A stretch of 64,000 nucleotides of DNA from a virus (Duplodnaviria > Caudoviricetes): the IMG/VR virus record IMGVR_UViG_3300028886_000042; one strand, written 5' to 3'. Position 1 is the first letter of the stretch. The number at the start of each line of letters is the position of its first letter. Below are positions 38,003-47,710 of this stretch, one piece after another. Made by a program: the position numbers and the translations under genes. The notes below the pieces were generated by a model that had not been told where the DNA came from, ran no database searches, and saw only the letters and a program-made list of their open reading frames with translations.

Positions 38003-40423
38003 ATGATAAACGTAAAACCGACGGACAGGCTTGTATTTGATTTGAAGATGCTTCAGATTGACTACAATGAGCAGAAGAAGGAATCTTTAAGGAAGGAAAT
38101 CTCAGAGAAGTACGGTGTACCCTTGAAGAATGTGGAGGTAAATTTCATCCCTATAACAGTTGACAGGGACGGTAACAGGATTTCCCTTACGAATGACATT
38201 ATAACGAATATTCAGGACCCGGCTTTTCAGGTGGAACTGTTCGGTGAATATCTTGAGCAGAAGGGTATAGATGATGTTGACTTTGAGGAGATTAAGAAGA
38301 TTGACAGTCAGGTAAATGCCTTTGTTGACTTTGACCAGTATTCAAAGTATAAACAATATAAATTCAAGTATGTGAAGTGGGACAACTATCTGTCATACGG
38401 AAAGGGGAACTACTTTGATTTCACGAAACTTAAGGGTATGGTACTGCTTAACGGTGAACCTGAGAATCAGAGCGGAAAAACAACGTTTGCCATTGACCTT
38501 TTAAGATTTGCACTGTTCGGAAAGGCTCAGAAATCACCGAACCTTGACAGTGTATTCAACATATATCATCCGGAGGAAACAGAGGTTATGGTTGAAGCCG
38601 GTATTGAGATAGACAGTGTTGACTATGTAATCAGGAGAACAATAACGAGACCTTCATTAGAGAAGCGGACAAAGAAAAGCAAGTGCAAGCAGAAGATTGA
38701 GTATTTCAAGCTGTTGAACGGTGACTATGAACTTATTGAGAACTGTGAAGGTGAAACCGGTGCTGAGACCAACAATATCATACGTGAATCAGTCGGCAGT
38801 GTCGATGACTACAACCTTGTTATTTCGGCAACGTCAAAAACATTAGGTGATTTGCTTGACATGGGTCAGACTGACAAGGGAAAACTGTTTTCAAGATGGC
38901 TTGGCCTTCTTACTATAGAGAAGAAGGAAGAGATAGCAAAGGAACTGTGGAAAAAGAAAATATCACCATCCCTTATGTCAAATACCTATAACAAGGCCAC
39001 GATTGAGGGCGAGATTAAGGATTACGAGGCTGCTTCAAAGGGTGATGCCGATGAAATAGCAAAAACACAGTTGAAGTTGAATGAGTCCAACGAACGGATA
39101 AACAGCCTTAATACTGACAAGGTAAACGTGCTTATCGGAAGAAAGGAGATAAAGGACGGTCTGGATAAAACTGATGTTGTGACGATTGAGAACATGATTT
39201 CCAAAAACAGCGAAACCCTTACGTTGCATCGTGGGCAGATGGCAAAATACAAGGAAGAATACAAGCTTGTAAAGGATTCAGTATTTGACGAAGAAGAACT
39301 GAAGAAAGTCAGGAATGAAATCGAGGTCAGGAAACAGGCTCAGAAAGAGTATTCGGACAGCAACATTGAGATAAAGGTCAAGATAAGTCAGTTAAGGGAA
39401 GATACAAAGCGTATAAGGGGACTTATAGATAATAAGGTATGCCCTACTTGCGGTCATCCCATTGAACTTGATGAACAGAACGGTTTTATTGAGAAGAATA
39501 CTGAGGCTGAGAACCGGCTTATAGAAGAAGGAAAGAACAATAAGGCGAGGATAGATTCGATTCAGTCAGAGATTGAAGTCATGGAAAAGAAAGTTTCCGA
39601 AATGGAACAGAAGAAGGAGGAAGTAAGGAAAAAGGCTGAACTTGAACTCAGGATGACTGCCATAAAATCGAACATTGACACTGTAAAGTTAAAGATAGCC
39701 GATTTGGAGCGTAAGAAAAATGAAATCGAGACGAACAGGGAAAACATAAGGATAAACAACGAGATTGACCTTAAGATAAGGAATATTGATGAAGCCATAA
39801 AGGTGGAAACCGGTATAAAGGAAGGTTTTATAAAGGAAATAGAATCACTCAATAACGAGATAAAGCTTTACACTAAGGAAGTTGAGAAAAGAAACGCACT
39901 GATAACAAAACTGACTGAAGAGGAGAAAATTATAAGGACATGGACTATTTATCAGCAGTTGGTAGGAAAGAACGGCATTGTGAAGATAGTATTGAAAAAG
40001 GCACTTCCTATAATAAACAATGAAATAGCACGCATTCTTAAAGGATTATGCGATTTTGAAGTAAAACTGTCAGTTTCGGATGACGGAAAGGTGTGCATGG
40101 ATTTGGTAAGGGACGGTGTTAATTTGGATTTGGGTACCGGTGCTTCCGGTTTTGAAAGTGTAATGGCTTCACTTGCGATAAGAAGTGCGTTGGCTACCGT
40201 ATCGAATATATCCCACAGTTCGTTCCTATGTATAGATGAAGTACTTGACGGTGTTGCCGTTTCAAACCATGATAGTGTACATGAACTGTACAGGCGAATA
40301 ATCAGAAACTATGATTTCATACTGCATATTACGCATAATGAGCTGATAGCAGACTGGCATGATATGTTCATAACTGTTACGAAGGACATTAAGAACAACG
40401 TTTCAAGAATCGAGACCAAATAA
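38003..40423 (+). CDS. SbcC/Rad50 (T4 gp46-like) SMC ATPase
   Basis: NYLSYG, Walker A NQSGKTT, long coiled coil with zinc hook CPTCG, signature ASGFE, Walker B LCIDE, H-loop ITH. Confidence 0.92.
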   Translation: MINVKPTDRLVFDLKMLQIDYNEQKKESLRKEISEKYGVPLKNVEVNFIPITVDRDGNRISLTNDIITNIQDPAFQVELFGEYLEQKGIDDVDFEEIKKIDSQVNAFVDFDQYSKYKQYKFKYVKWDNYLSYGKGNYFDFTKLKGMVLLNGEPENQSGKTTFAIDLLRFALFGKAQKSPNLDSVFNIYHPEETEVMVEAGIEIDSVDYVIRRTITRPSLEKRTKKSKCKQKIEYFKLLNGDYELIENCEGETGAETNNIIRESVGSVDDYNLVISATSKTLGDLLDMGQTDKGKLFSRWLGLLTIEKKEEIAKELWKKKISPSLMSNTYNKATIEGEIKDYEAASKGDADEIAKTQLKLNESNERINSLNTDKVNVLIGRKEIKDGLDKTDVVTIENMISKNSETLTLHRGQMAKYKEEYKLVKDSVFDEEELKKVRNEIEVRKQAQKEYSDSNIEIKVKISQLREDTKRIRGLIDNKVCPTCGHPIELDEQNGFIEKNTEAENRLIEEGKNNKARIDSIQSEIEVMEKKVSEMEQKKEEVRKKAELELRMTAIKSNIDTVKLKIADLERKKNEIETNRENIRINNEIDLKIRNIDEAIKVETGIKEGFIKEIESLNNEIKLYTKEVEKRNALITKLTEEEKIIRTWTIYQQLVGKNGIVKIVLKKALPIINNEIARILKGLCDFEVKLSVSDDGKVCMDLVRDGVNLDLGTGASGFESVMASLAIRSALATVSNISHSSFLCIDEVLDGVAVSNHDSVHELYRRIIRNYDFILHITHNELIADWHDMFITVTKDIKNNVSRIETK

Positions 40424-40444
40424 ATACGCTTTTCCATTTTTCTG

Positions 40445-41149
40445 ATGAAAAAAACACAGAACTACGATAAGATTGAAGAAATTGACCTGTATTTCAAGGA
40501 TATAGAAAAATACGTACCGCTTACTTCAAAGGAGGAGAGCGAGTTGGCAGCTAAAATAAAGAACGGTGACAAAAAGGCACTGGATAAGCTTGTAAAGGCT
40601 AACCTTAAATTTGTTGTCAATCATGCAAAACAGTACCGCAAGAGCGGAGTACCCTTTTCAGACCTTATTTCAGAAGGTAATATCGGCCTGATGAAGGCAG
40701 CGGAGAAATTCGACGGTACAAGGGGTATAAGGTTCATTTCATATGCCGTATGGTGGATAAGGAACTCCATACAGGAATGTATTGAAAGGTATAACGGCAG
40801 TACTGATGAAGTTTCGGCAGAAGATTATGTAATGGAGAAGGGAAACAACAGCGAATACGAATATTCTTCACAGATTGTCAACAATGAGTTCGAAGAAGAA
40901 CTTACCAACATACAGAGCAGGGAAAATACGATAGCAGAACTCATGAAAACACTTAAGAAACGTGAAATAAAGATACTTTCGCTTTATTTCGGCCTTTATG
41001 ACGGAAAGGAAATGACACTTGACGAAATAGGGCAGGAAATGCAACTGACAAAGGAACGTGTAAGGCAGATTAAGGACAAGGCACTGGTAAAACTAAAGGT
41101 CAATGCACTCTCTTCGGATGAGTTCTTCACATTCAGGGAATTAAGATAA
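40445..41149 (+). CDS. phage sigma70-family factor (regions 1.2, 2 and 4; region 3 reduced)
   Basis: Y..DI....LT..EE..LA, LVKANLKFVV..AK.Y, DLISEGNIGL.KA.EKFD...G.RF.SYAVWWIR, TLDEIG....LTKERVRQI. Confidence 0.92.
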   Translation: MKKTQNYDKIEEIDLYFKDIEKYVPLTSKEESELAAKIKNGDKKALDKLVKANLKFVVNHAKQYRKSGVPFSDLISEGNIGLMKAAEKFDGTRGIRFISYAVWWIRNSIQECIERYNGSTDEVSAEDYVMEKGNNSEYEYSSQIVNNEFEEELTNIQSRENTIAELMKTLKKREIKILSLYFGLYDGKEMTLDEIGQEMQLTKERVRQIKDKALVKLKVNALSSDEFFTFRELR

Positions 41150-41182
41150 TTATATAATAATACATATTCTATATATAGAGCT

Positions 41183-41728
41183 ATGGCAAGAAAAAAAGGA
41201 CAGATAACAACGAAACGACAGTCAAACAAGAAGGCTGAAGCAGAAAAGAGCGAAGAAACAAAGAAGAGTGTTTCTGAGATGTTTATTTCAGAGTCTAAGG
41301 ATTCGCCTATAACGGAAGAAGATATAAAGGAATTCGAAGAAGAAAAGGCTGCAAGGATTGAACTTGAAAAATCCGCTAATGAGCCGGCAGCAACTGAAGA
41401 TGAAACACCGGCGGAAAATCCGTCTGTTGAAACTGTTGTTGAAGGAAAAGAAGTATATCACATACCGTTTTTACAGGAAGTTAAAGATGATACCGAAACA
41501 GTTTCAAGTGACGAAGGGGATTCTTCATATACATGTACAAGTTACAGTATAACAGTCTCTAATAACGAAGAAGAAACGGTAACTGCTACAAGTGCAGATA
41601 CAGAGGCTATTGTTTCAGACGGTGCGGAAGTTGTGGTACAGGAAGAAAGTAAACCTGAAAAGCCGAAGAAACGCAAAACCACAAAGGATATATACGGATA
41701 TCACTGGATGGGGATGATTTTTGACTAA
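41183..41728 (+). CDS. acidic low-complexity protein
   Basis: E/T/S-rich and probably disordered; basic ends and an aromatic C-terminal tip (YGYHWMG). Confidence 0.7.
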   Translation: MARKKGQITTKRQSNKKAEAEKSEETKKSVSEMFISESKDSPITEEDIKEFEEEKAARIELEKSANEPAATEDETPAENPSVETVVEGKEVYHIPFLQEVKDDTETVSSDEGDSSYTCTSYSITVSNNEEETVTATSADTEAIVSDGAEVVVQEESKPEKPKKRKTTKDIYGYHWMGMIFD

Positions 41729-41754
41729 TAAAAAATTATTTTTGAATTTTTTCA

Positions 41755-42201
41755 ATGAAGGCAAAAGATAAGGATTATGTTGACATAACTGAAACCATAC
41801 GTACTATACGTAAGATAAACGAAGGCAAGGAAAAGGAAGAATCAGAAGAAAATAAGGGTGATGCCGTACCATATACCATGCAGGATGAGATAATGGCAAA
41901 CATTACCCAAACGGCAAAGGCCCAGTTCGGTGCTGATTTTTCAAAGTCAAAAACACCCATGCTATATTATCCCGATGACGGTGATGTTGTACTTAGCGGT
42001 GTAATAGGAGACCTGAATGATGCTAAATTCCAGTTCAGATACAAGGATGCTTCGGGTAACGGATGCTATCTCTTCACTTCACCCGTACAGCTTACGGATG
42101 AGACGCTTAAGAAAATGAATGTCATTCTTGGCGTGTTCAAGAACTGGAAGAAAGACCTGTCATCTCTTGAGGATATAAAACCTATGGGTTACAGAGGCTA
42201 A
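41755..42201 (+). CDS. hypothetical protein (possible head-associated)
   Basis: ORF followed by a terminator. Confidence 0.65.
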   Translation: MKAKDKDYVDITETIRTIRKINEGKEKEESEENKGDAVPYTMQDEIMANITQTAKAQFGADFSKSKTPMLYYPDDGDVVLSGVIGDLNDAKFQFRYKDASGNGCYLFTSPVQLTDETLKKMNVILGVFKNWKKDLSSLEDIKPMGYRG

Positions 42202-42225
42202 GGTTGCATTTCAGCAACCTTTTTT
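42200..42225 (+). terminator. intrinsic terminator
   Basis: aggttgc-atttca-gcaacct followed by a T run. Confidence 0.7.
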
Positions 42226-42261
42226 CCTTATATACCATATTTATAAGAAAGTATTTTTCCC

Positions 42262-42480
42262 ATGAAAATAACCGAGAGTCAGATAAGAAGAATAATCCGC
42301 GAGGAACTTACAAAGCAGGAAGTCCGTAGTATGATTGACAGTCAATTGTCATCATATTCGAACGGACGTGATTTAAAGAAGGCTATAAGAAACGTTGCAG
42401 TTGACATTATAGATGAATTCTTCCATGAAATGTGGATGAAGAACGGTTTTTGGAAAAGTTCACTTAAAAACAAGGGGTAG
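42262..42480 (+). CDS. small protein with N-terminal KITES.IRRIIREE motif
   Basis: 72 aa; ATATTTATA box at 42237-42245. Confidence 0.75.
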   Translation: MKITESQIRRIIREELTKQEVRSMIDSQLSSYSNGRDLKKAIRNVAVDIIDEFFHEMWMKNGFWKSSLKNKG

Positions 42481-42487
42481 GTAGGAG

Positions 42488-43699
42488 ATGAATGACGTTG
42501 TAAAAGCGAATTTAGACAAGTTCAAGGTAATCGAACGTAACAAATGCTACGCATTAGCGAACTGGATAACCCGTAAATCAAAGGATTTCAGCTTGAATGA
42601 TGCATTGTATTATCTGTATATGTATACCGGTGGTGATTATAAGGAAATGGCTAAGATTATAGGTCAGTTATCGGAAAAGAAGAAAATGTTCGGAAGAACA
42701 CAAGTATATAATACGGAACAGACAGATGACATCACATTAAGGCTTAATGATGACGGTAAACTTGAACTGATAGGCTATAAGCCTGACAAGGAACCACAGA
42801 GAAAGGGTCAGCATATACAGCGTAATCCTAAGATTTTCAGGAAAGGAGACGGTCAGACGAATGTGACGTTCAAAAACTCAGAGGAGAGAATAATGGATTT
42901 CGGAAAAAAGGTCAGGGAACTTTATCCTGATGCTGACAACCAGTATCTGACACATGCTATGATAGCCATAAAGAGATTTTCGAATGACAGGAAAATCAGT
43001 CCGGAAAAGGTTATGAACAGACTTGCAAAGGGTACTCTGAAACTTCTGGACTATGATTATAATTCATTCAGAGTTGTACCTGTTGCAAACGAATCAAGGA
43101 TTATCGTCATAACAGAATCGGTTTTTGATGAAATAAGCAAAGGCATGGGTATCAGTGAATACAAATTCTACAACAATGTCAAATCATTCCTCTCTTCACT
43201 GCTTGCAGACCCGGTAAATACAAAACCTTCGGATTTGCTTCTAAGCTACGGTATAACGAAGAAGGTTCTCATAAATCAGATGATAAGCCTTGGTATGCTT
43301 GAAAGAAGTGTAAGGATTTCAGACAAGGATGAAAACGGTGAACCGAAGGAAGCGACGATGATGGTAAAATACAAGGTTCCGAAGAAGAATTTCGAAAGGA
43401 AACTAAACAGACTTTGGATTAGGCTGTTTGAGAAGAACCTGCCTCCGAGAAAACAGAGAACACCCAAATCAGATGAATTGAACGAGGAAGGTGAAGGAGC
43501 AACCAGTGCAGTTTCTTCAGGTGAAGTAGTAACTCCGCTGTTCCCCATACAGAGAAGAAAAATGCCTACCGAAGTGGAAGAGGCAACAGCAACGACAACA
43601 GCCGGAAATTACGAGTATGACGTACCCTTTGCAGGTGATGAGGAAACACTGGCACGTCACAATGGAAAAGGAGGTTCTGTTTCTGTTAATTTAGCATAA
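42488..43699 (+). CDS. hypothetical protein (403 aa), possible internal head protein
   Basis: Internal IVITES motif; two C-terminal EE-[AT]-rich-G...PF segments. Confidence 0.65.
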   Translation: MNDVVKANLDKFKVIERNKCYALANWITRKSKDFSLNDALYYLYMYTGGDYKEMAKIIGQLSEKKKMFGRTQVYNTEQTDDITLRLNDDGKLELIGYKPDKEPQRKGQHIQRNPKIFRKGDGQTNVTFKNSEERIMDFGKKVRELYPDADNQYLTHAMIAIKRFSNDRKISPEKVMNRLAKGTLKLLDYDYNSFRVVPVANESRIIVITESVFDEISKGMGISEYKFYNNVKSFLSSLLADPVNTKPSDLLLSYGITKKVLINQMISLGMLERSVRISDKDENGEPKEATMMVKYKVPKKNFERKLNRLWIRLFEKNLPPRKQRTPKSDELNEEGEGATSAVSSGEVVTPLFPIQRRKMPTEVEEATATTTAGNYEYDVPFAGDEETLARHNGKGGSVSVNLA

Positions 43700-43709
43700 T
43701 TTTTTGCAG

Positions 43710-43904
43710 ATGAATGATATTTATAGTTGTAAAAGTAACGAATTTTCTCACGAAGCCATAATTGACAGGCTTAATGACATATCGGGTGAGATTGAGGAAG
43801 AACAGGAAAAGCCTGATGAGGAATATGACAGGGACAAGGTGTTCAAACTCATATACAGACAGTTCATCGAAGGACTGAAACTGTCAACGGGTTACAGAAT
43901 ATAA
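43710..43904 (+). CDS. small acidic hypothetical protein
   Basis: Fills the gap between co-oriented genes; start uncertain. Confidence 0.45.
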   Translation: MNDIYSCKSNEFSHEAIIDRLNDISGEIEEEQEKPDEEYDRDKVFKLIYRQFIEGLKLSTGYRI

Positions 43905-43934
43905 TTTAGATAAAAAAAAGAAAGAATATATAAG

Positions 43935-44801
43935 ATGTTATCAAAAAGATATACGTTCAGCGAATTAAACAGTATTCTCAAGGAAAGCCAAAACGAGTTT
44001 AAACCGCGTATAGGTGATAAAGTGGAGGATGAGGATAAGAAGAACAACGGAAAGGCTGTGGACGATATTATGAAGCAATCCAAGGAGTTCGACGGTGGCT
44101 TTACCGGTGACAAGAAGAAGAATGACAACAGGGAGGATGTCTATGATTACAATAAGACAACCCTTGACTTGAATTTCGTATCTGAACCGGATGACAAATA
44201 CAAAGAAAGAGTCAAGGCAAACGTTCACGGTTTCCCTTCCGAAAACAACGAGAAGGACAGTTCGGCAAAGAACAATGATTCCCTTGATTATGAAGGGAAT
44301 GAAAAATTCTATGATGCACAGAAGAAGAAATCAAAGGAGGTAAATGACAAGGACACTGAACTTAAGCATGCAGGACTTAAGGCACGTGAACTCCCAAAGG
44401 AAAATTTCAAGAATGATACATTATATAAGGAAAGCAAAACAATGAAGCGTTTACATTTTAAGAATACAGTATTTCTGAGCGAGTCTCAGATGCTCAAGAA
44501 GGTACCGGAAGAATACAGAAACCGTGACGTAAAATTCATCATGAAGGATGCAAGTGACACTGAATATCTTGTTGAATGTTCATACAACAATGATTTGAAA
44601 TTCGGAAAACTTACAGTACTTAACAAAACCAACAAAAAGGAAATAAACGAACAGCTGAACCGTATGAAGGAATTGTCAGGCTATGACAGTTCAAAGTACT
44701 TCGCAGGTACAACTTCAGTATCGAGAAAGAACGAGACAAACGAGTTATCAGAAATGATTAGCCGTGTAAAGGAAATCGAATCTGACAGCACTGTAAAATA
44801 A
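43935..44801 (+). CDS. charged hypothetical protein (288 aa), possible prohead core/scaffold-like
   Basis: YTFSELNSILKES N-terminus, LSESQ motif, RMKELSGY motif; K/D/E-rich. Confidence 0.6.
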   Translation: MLSKRYTFSELNSILKESQNEFKPRIGDKVEDEDKKNNGKAVDDIMKQSKEFDGGFTGDKKKNDNREDVYDYNKTTLDLNFVSEPDDKYKERVKANVHGFPSENNEKDSSAKNNDSLDYEGNEKFYDAQKKKSKEVNDKDTELKHAGLKARELPKENFKNDTLYKESKTMKRLHFKNTVFLSESQMLKKVPEEYRNRDVKFIMKDASDTEYLVECSYNNDLKFGKLTVLNKTNKKEINEQLNRMKELSGYDSSKYFAGTTSVSRKNETNELSEMISRVKEIESDSTVK

Positions 44802-44823
44802 AACTAACAGTTCAGTAGACAGA

Positions 44824-45519
44824 ATGGAGGATATGGAGCATTTGGGATTTTTGGAGCGCATGATAGCACTTCTTGACAAGTACGGATTCTGGAAGATACT
44901 TCAGGCTTCACTTGTACTTGCAGGTTTTCTGTATATGATGTATAATGTACAGAATCTGCCTGAAATCGTATCAGGTGCGTTCAAGAAGCAGACTGAGATT
45001 GTACAGCTTGAACATGACGAGGCGATTGAACTCAGACGTACCATAAAACCTGATATTGACCTTATATTAAAGGAAAGTCTGTCAGACTTGAATGCAGACA
45101 GGGCATTCATCATGGAAATGCACAACGGAACAAACAATGTTGCCGGATTACCATTTATTTACGGGGAAATGACCTACGAGGAAGTAAGGAAGGACATAAC
45201 ACATGTTGACGAGGACTATACTTCAATTAATCTGTCAAGGTTCACATTCCCCATGTTCATAGAAAAACAACATATATGGCACGGAAATATAAACGGATTG
45301 AAGGAGATAGATTCAAAACTCGCTTCAAGGTTAGTCTCGAACGATGTTACATATCTGGCGATTATCATGCTAAACGGTGTATCTAATCAGCTTGGCTATT
45401 ACGGTCTGACATGGTGCAACGGAAAGGAACAGCCCAGTCCGAATGAAATTGAACATGAACTAACCGTCAATTCGCAAAAACTATCTATTCTCCTTGATTC
45501 AAACAGACTTAATTATTAA
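44824..45519 (+). CDS. putative holin (N-terminal TM plus GAF-like domain, T4 gpT-like architecture)
   Basis: Single TM (ILQASLVLAGFLYMMY) followed by an ADRAFIMEMHNG GAF-like segment. Confidence 0.5.
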   Translation: MEDMEHLGFLERMIALLDKYGFWKILQASLVLAGFLYMMYNVQNLPEIVSGAFKKQTEIVQLEHDEAIELRRTIKPDIDLILKESLSDLNADRAFIMEMHNGTNNVAGLPFIYGEMTYEEVRKDITHVDEDYTSINLSRFTFPMFIEKQHIWHGNINGLKEIDSKLASRLVSNDVTYLAIIMLNGVSNQLGYYGLTWCNGKEQPSPNEIEHELTVNSQKLSILLDSNRLNY

Positions 45520-45545
45520 TTCTTAATAAAGGGGGAGGTATAGCG

Positions 45546-45800
45546 ATGACAAAGAAACAGCAGTTAATAGTTGACATCATACAGTGGATTCTTATCGGAA
45601 TACTTGTTATAGCATGTTCCATTGTATTCATGGGTAAATGTAATATTCAGGAAAGGGAGAAAACCCTTTTAAAACAGAATACATACATCAGGATACACAA
45701 CAGCAAGCAGATTGCAACACTGACAAAGAAAAATACGGAATTATCGGATTCCATTATAGTTCTTACGAAAAAACTGGAAGAATGCTCGAAACAGAAATAA
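45546..45800 (+). CDS. small membrane-anchored coiled-coil protein (possible lysis accessory)
   Basis: N-terminal TM helix and C-terminal heptads; follows the putative holin. Confidence 0.5.
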   Translation: MTKKQQLIVDIIQWILIGILVIACSIVFMGKCNIQEREKTLLKQNTYIRIHNSKQIATLTKKNTELSDSIIVLTKKLEECSKQK

Positions 45801-45899
45801 TGGCATACATAATAACTTAGCGGAGTTATACAATACTGTTATCCGTGGCATATAAACTCACGGATTGCATATGTTGGCGATATTATCGTCAATTTTTTT

Positions 45900-45932
45900 T
45901 TTGTAGTTATACAAAAAGACAGTATATTTGCA
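45900..45932 (+). promoter_or_regulatory. Bacteroidetes sigmaA-type promoter
   Basis: TTTG 45900-45903, 19-nt spacer, TATATTTG 45923-45930, then CA. Confidence 0.75.
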
Positions 45933-45937
45933 AAGAG

Positions 45938-46915
45938 ATGGAAACAGAATGGCTTGACAGACTAATAACAGAGAAAAGGACAGCAGAAGATTTGTCCAAA
46001 CTAATAACAGAGGAACTTGGAATAAACTATAGCGTAATAGTTGAATCTGAGAAAATAACGCAAGAAATACTGTCGGATATAAAAACCCGAAAAAAGAACT
46101 ACTTTTCAAATGTACCGGGCGTATCTTATATTGATGGTAGAATTATGCATAGTACATTCGGATATAATCTTACTGTATGCTACCGTTATATAAACTTTAG
46201 GGATAAGAATTTTTTTGATGATTATAGCAGCAAAGTCCCCGTACTGAAAAACTCGTTCAATGTCAATACAAAAACACTTACACTGACAATAACAGCTATA
46301 AGCGGAAAAGTTATAGAAGATACGTTGTATGATACTATTCAACACGAACTGCATCATTTCTTTCAGGAGGAAAAAATCGGTAAACCGTTTAATGCAAACA
46401 GTTTATATAAAATTGCTTTGGCTTGTAAAAGAAAGCCTAAAAATTCGCTGACCTATATGCTTGGTGATATGTTATACATAACACTGAAATGCGAGGAAGA
46501 AGCCTATACAAACGGTTTATATGCTGCACTTGTGCATAACTACAGAAACGACAACATACCGACAAACGAAGTACTTGACAACAGTTCTGTATATAATGCA
46601 CTTCTGACGTTGAGAAAAGAAAAAGAATTTATATTACAGAATATTAACGACGATGAACTTGTTAAAACATCTGAGGTTATAAGGAAAATAACAGGAAAAA
46701 ACATCAATAACATTATCAGTTTTATCGAAAGGGGTGAAAAGGAACTTCTCAGGAGAATAGGGCGCGTTATTATAAAGGCACAAAAAGATTGTTCGGTTCC
46801 AAATGATTTTCATCCTAATGCAAACAAACTGACAGAATATACAAAAAGTACGGTTGACGAAGTTTTTTCACTTGTAAGGCTTCCTGAGTCATCGCCTTTT
46901 ACCGGTTTTCCCTGA
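45938..46915 (+). CDS. zincin-like (HExxH) protein
   Basis: IQHELHH plus downstream EEEAY; start set at ATG 45938, downstream of the promoter. Confidence 0.65.
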   Translation: METEWLDRLITEKRTAEDLSKLITEELGINYSVIVESEKITQEILSDIKTRKKNYFSNVPGVSYIDGRIMHSTFGYNLTVCYRYINFRDKNFFDDYSSKVPVLKNSFNVNTKTLTLTITAISGKVIEDTLYDTIQHELHHFFQEEKIGKPFNANSLYKIALACKRKPKNSLTYMLGDMLYITLKCEEEAYTNGLYAALVHNYRNDNIPTNEVLDNSSVYNALLTLRKEKEFILQNINDDELVKTSEVIRKITGKNINNIISFIERGEKELLRRIGRVIIKAQKDCSVPNDFHPNANKLTEYTKSTVDEVFSLVRLPESSPFTGFP

Positions 46916-46980
46916 CATATTGACAAAGAGATGAAAATATAATATATTAAGATATATAACAAATAATTCAAAAAACAATC

Positions 46981-47160
46981 ATGTTAACAAAGATAATAGT
47001 TTTTCTTCTTGTAATGGCCATACTGAATGTTATAAGGGTTGGTATAAATTTAAGTATATGTTTCATGAACAATATGAAATATGAAAGTAAATGGTATAAC
47101 ACAGTACTTTTCTTTTCTTCAGTATCATATATATTAACAATAATTTTTTGTGGGATTTAA
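46981..47160 (+). CDS. 59-aa two-TM membrane protein (not in ORF track)
   Basis: MLTKIIVFLLVMAILNVIRVGINLSICFMNNMKYESKWYNTVLFFSSVSYILTIIFCGI*; fills the gap before the next gene. Confidence 0.7.
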   Translation: MLTKIIVFLLVMAILNVIRVGINLSICFMNNMKYESKWYNTVLFFSSVSYILTIIFCGI

Positions 47161-47172
47161 CTGATTTTTTTT

Positions 47173-47706
47173 ATGGATATACAGGACAAACTCATTGAAC
47201 TGTCACAGTATGGAGTGAACTTCAATGTTGCAAACGGAAAGTTTGTGATTAAGATTAAATATAATGACAAATGGACGGTAATACAACCGGAAAAAACTGA
47301 TATTGAATTCTACCGTGACGAGAATGACGATACGGTATATTACTATGTAGCACCTATATCAGTTGCAATAGAAAACATATTCAGTGCCATAGACGAGACA
47401 ATAGAATACAACCGCGAACTTGAACTTAAAATAGTACTGTTCAAGGAAAAAATGAACGAGTTGCAGGAACTTTTCGCAAAGGAACCGCTCGAAGTACTTA
47501 ATACACTTGAATTCAGGGTAAGGAAGAGAAAGGAAAAGGCGAAGAAGGAGCCGGTACAGGTTAAGGAAGAACAACCGAAAACGGTTAAAAAAACAGTAAG
47601 GAAAAAAAATACTGAAAAGAAGAAAACCTATATCAAACCGGAGGAAGAACAGAATACGGAAGTTTGCGAAATCGATGAAAAAATATCAGAAGTATTAAAC
47701 AGTTAA
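47173..47706 (+). CDS. hypothetical protein (177 aa)
   Basis: Long ORF with a coiled coil and a basic tail. Confidence 0.7.
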   Translation: MDIQDKLIELSQYGVNFNVANGKFVIKIKYNDKWTVIQPEKTDIEFYRDENDDTVYYYVAPISVAIENIFSAIDETIEYNRELELKIVLFKEKMNELQELFAKEPLEVLNTLEFRVRKRKEKAKKEPVQVKEEQPKTVKKTVRKKNTEKKKTYIKPEEEQNTEVCEIDEKISEVLNS

Positions 47707-47710
47707 TATC

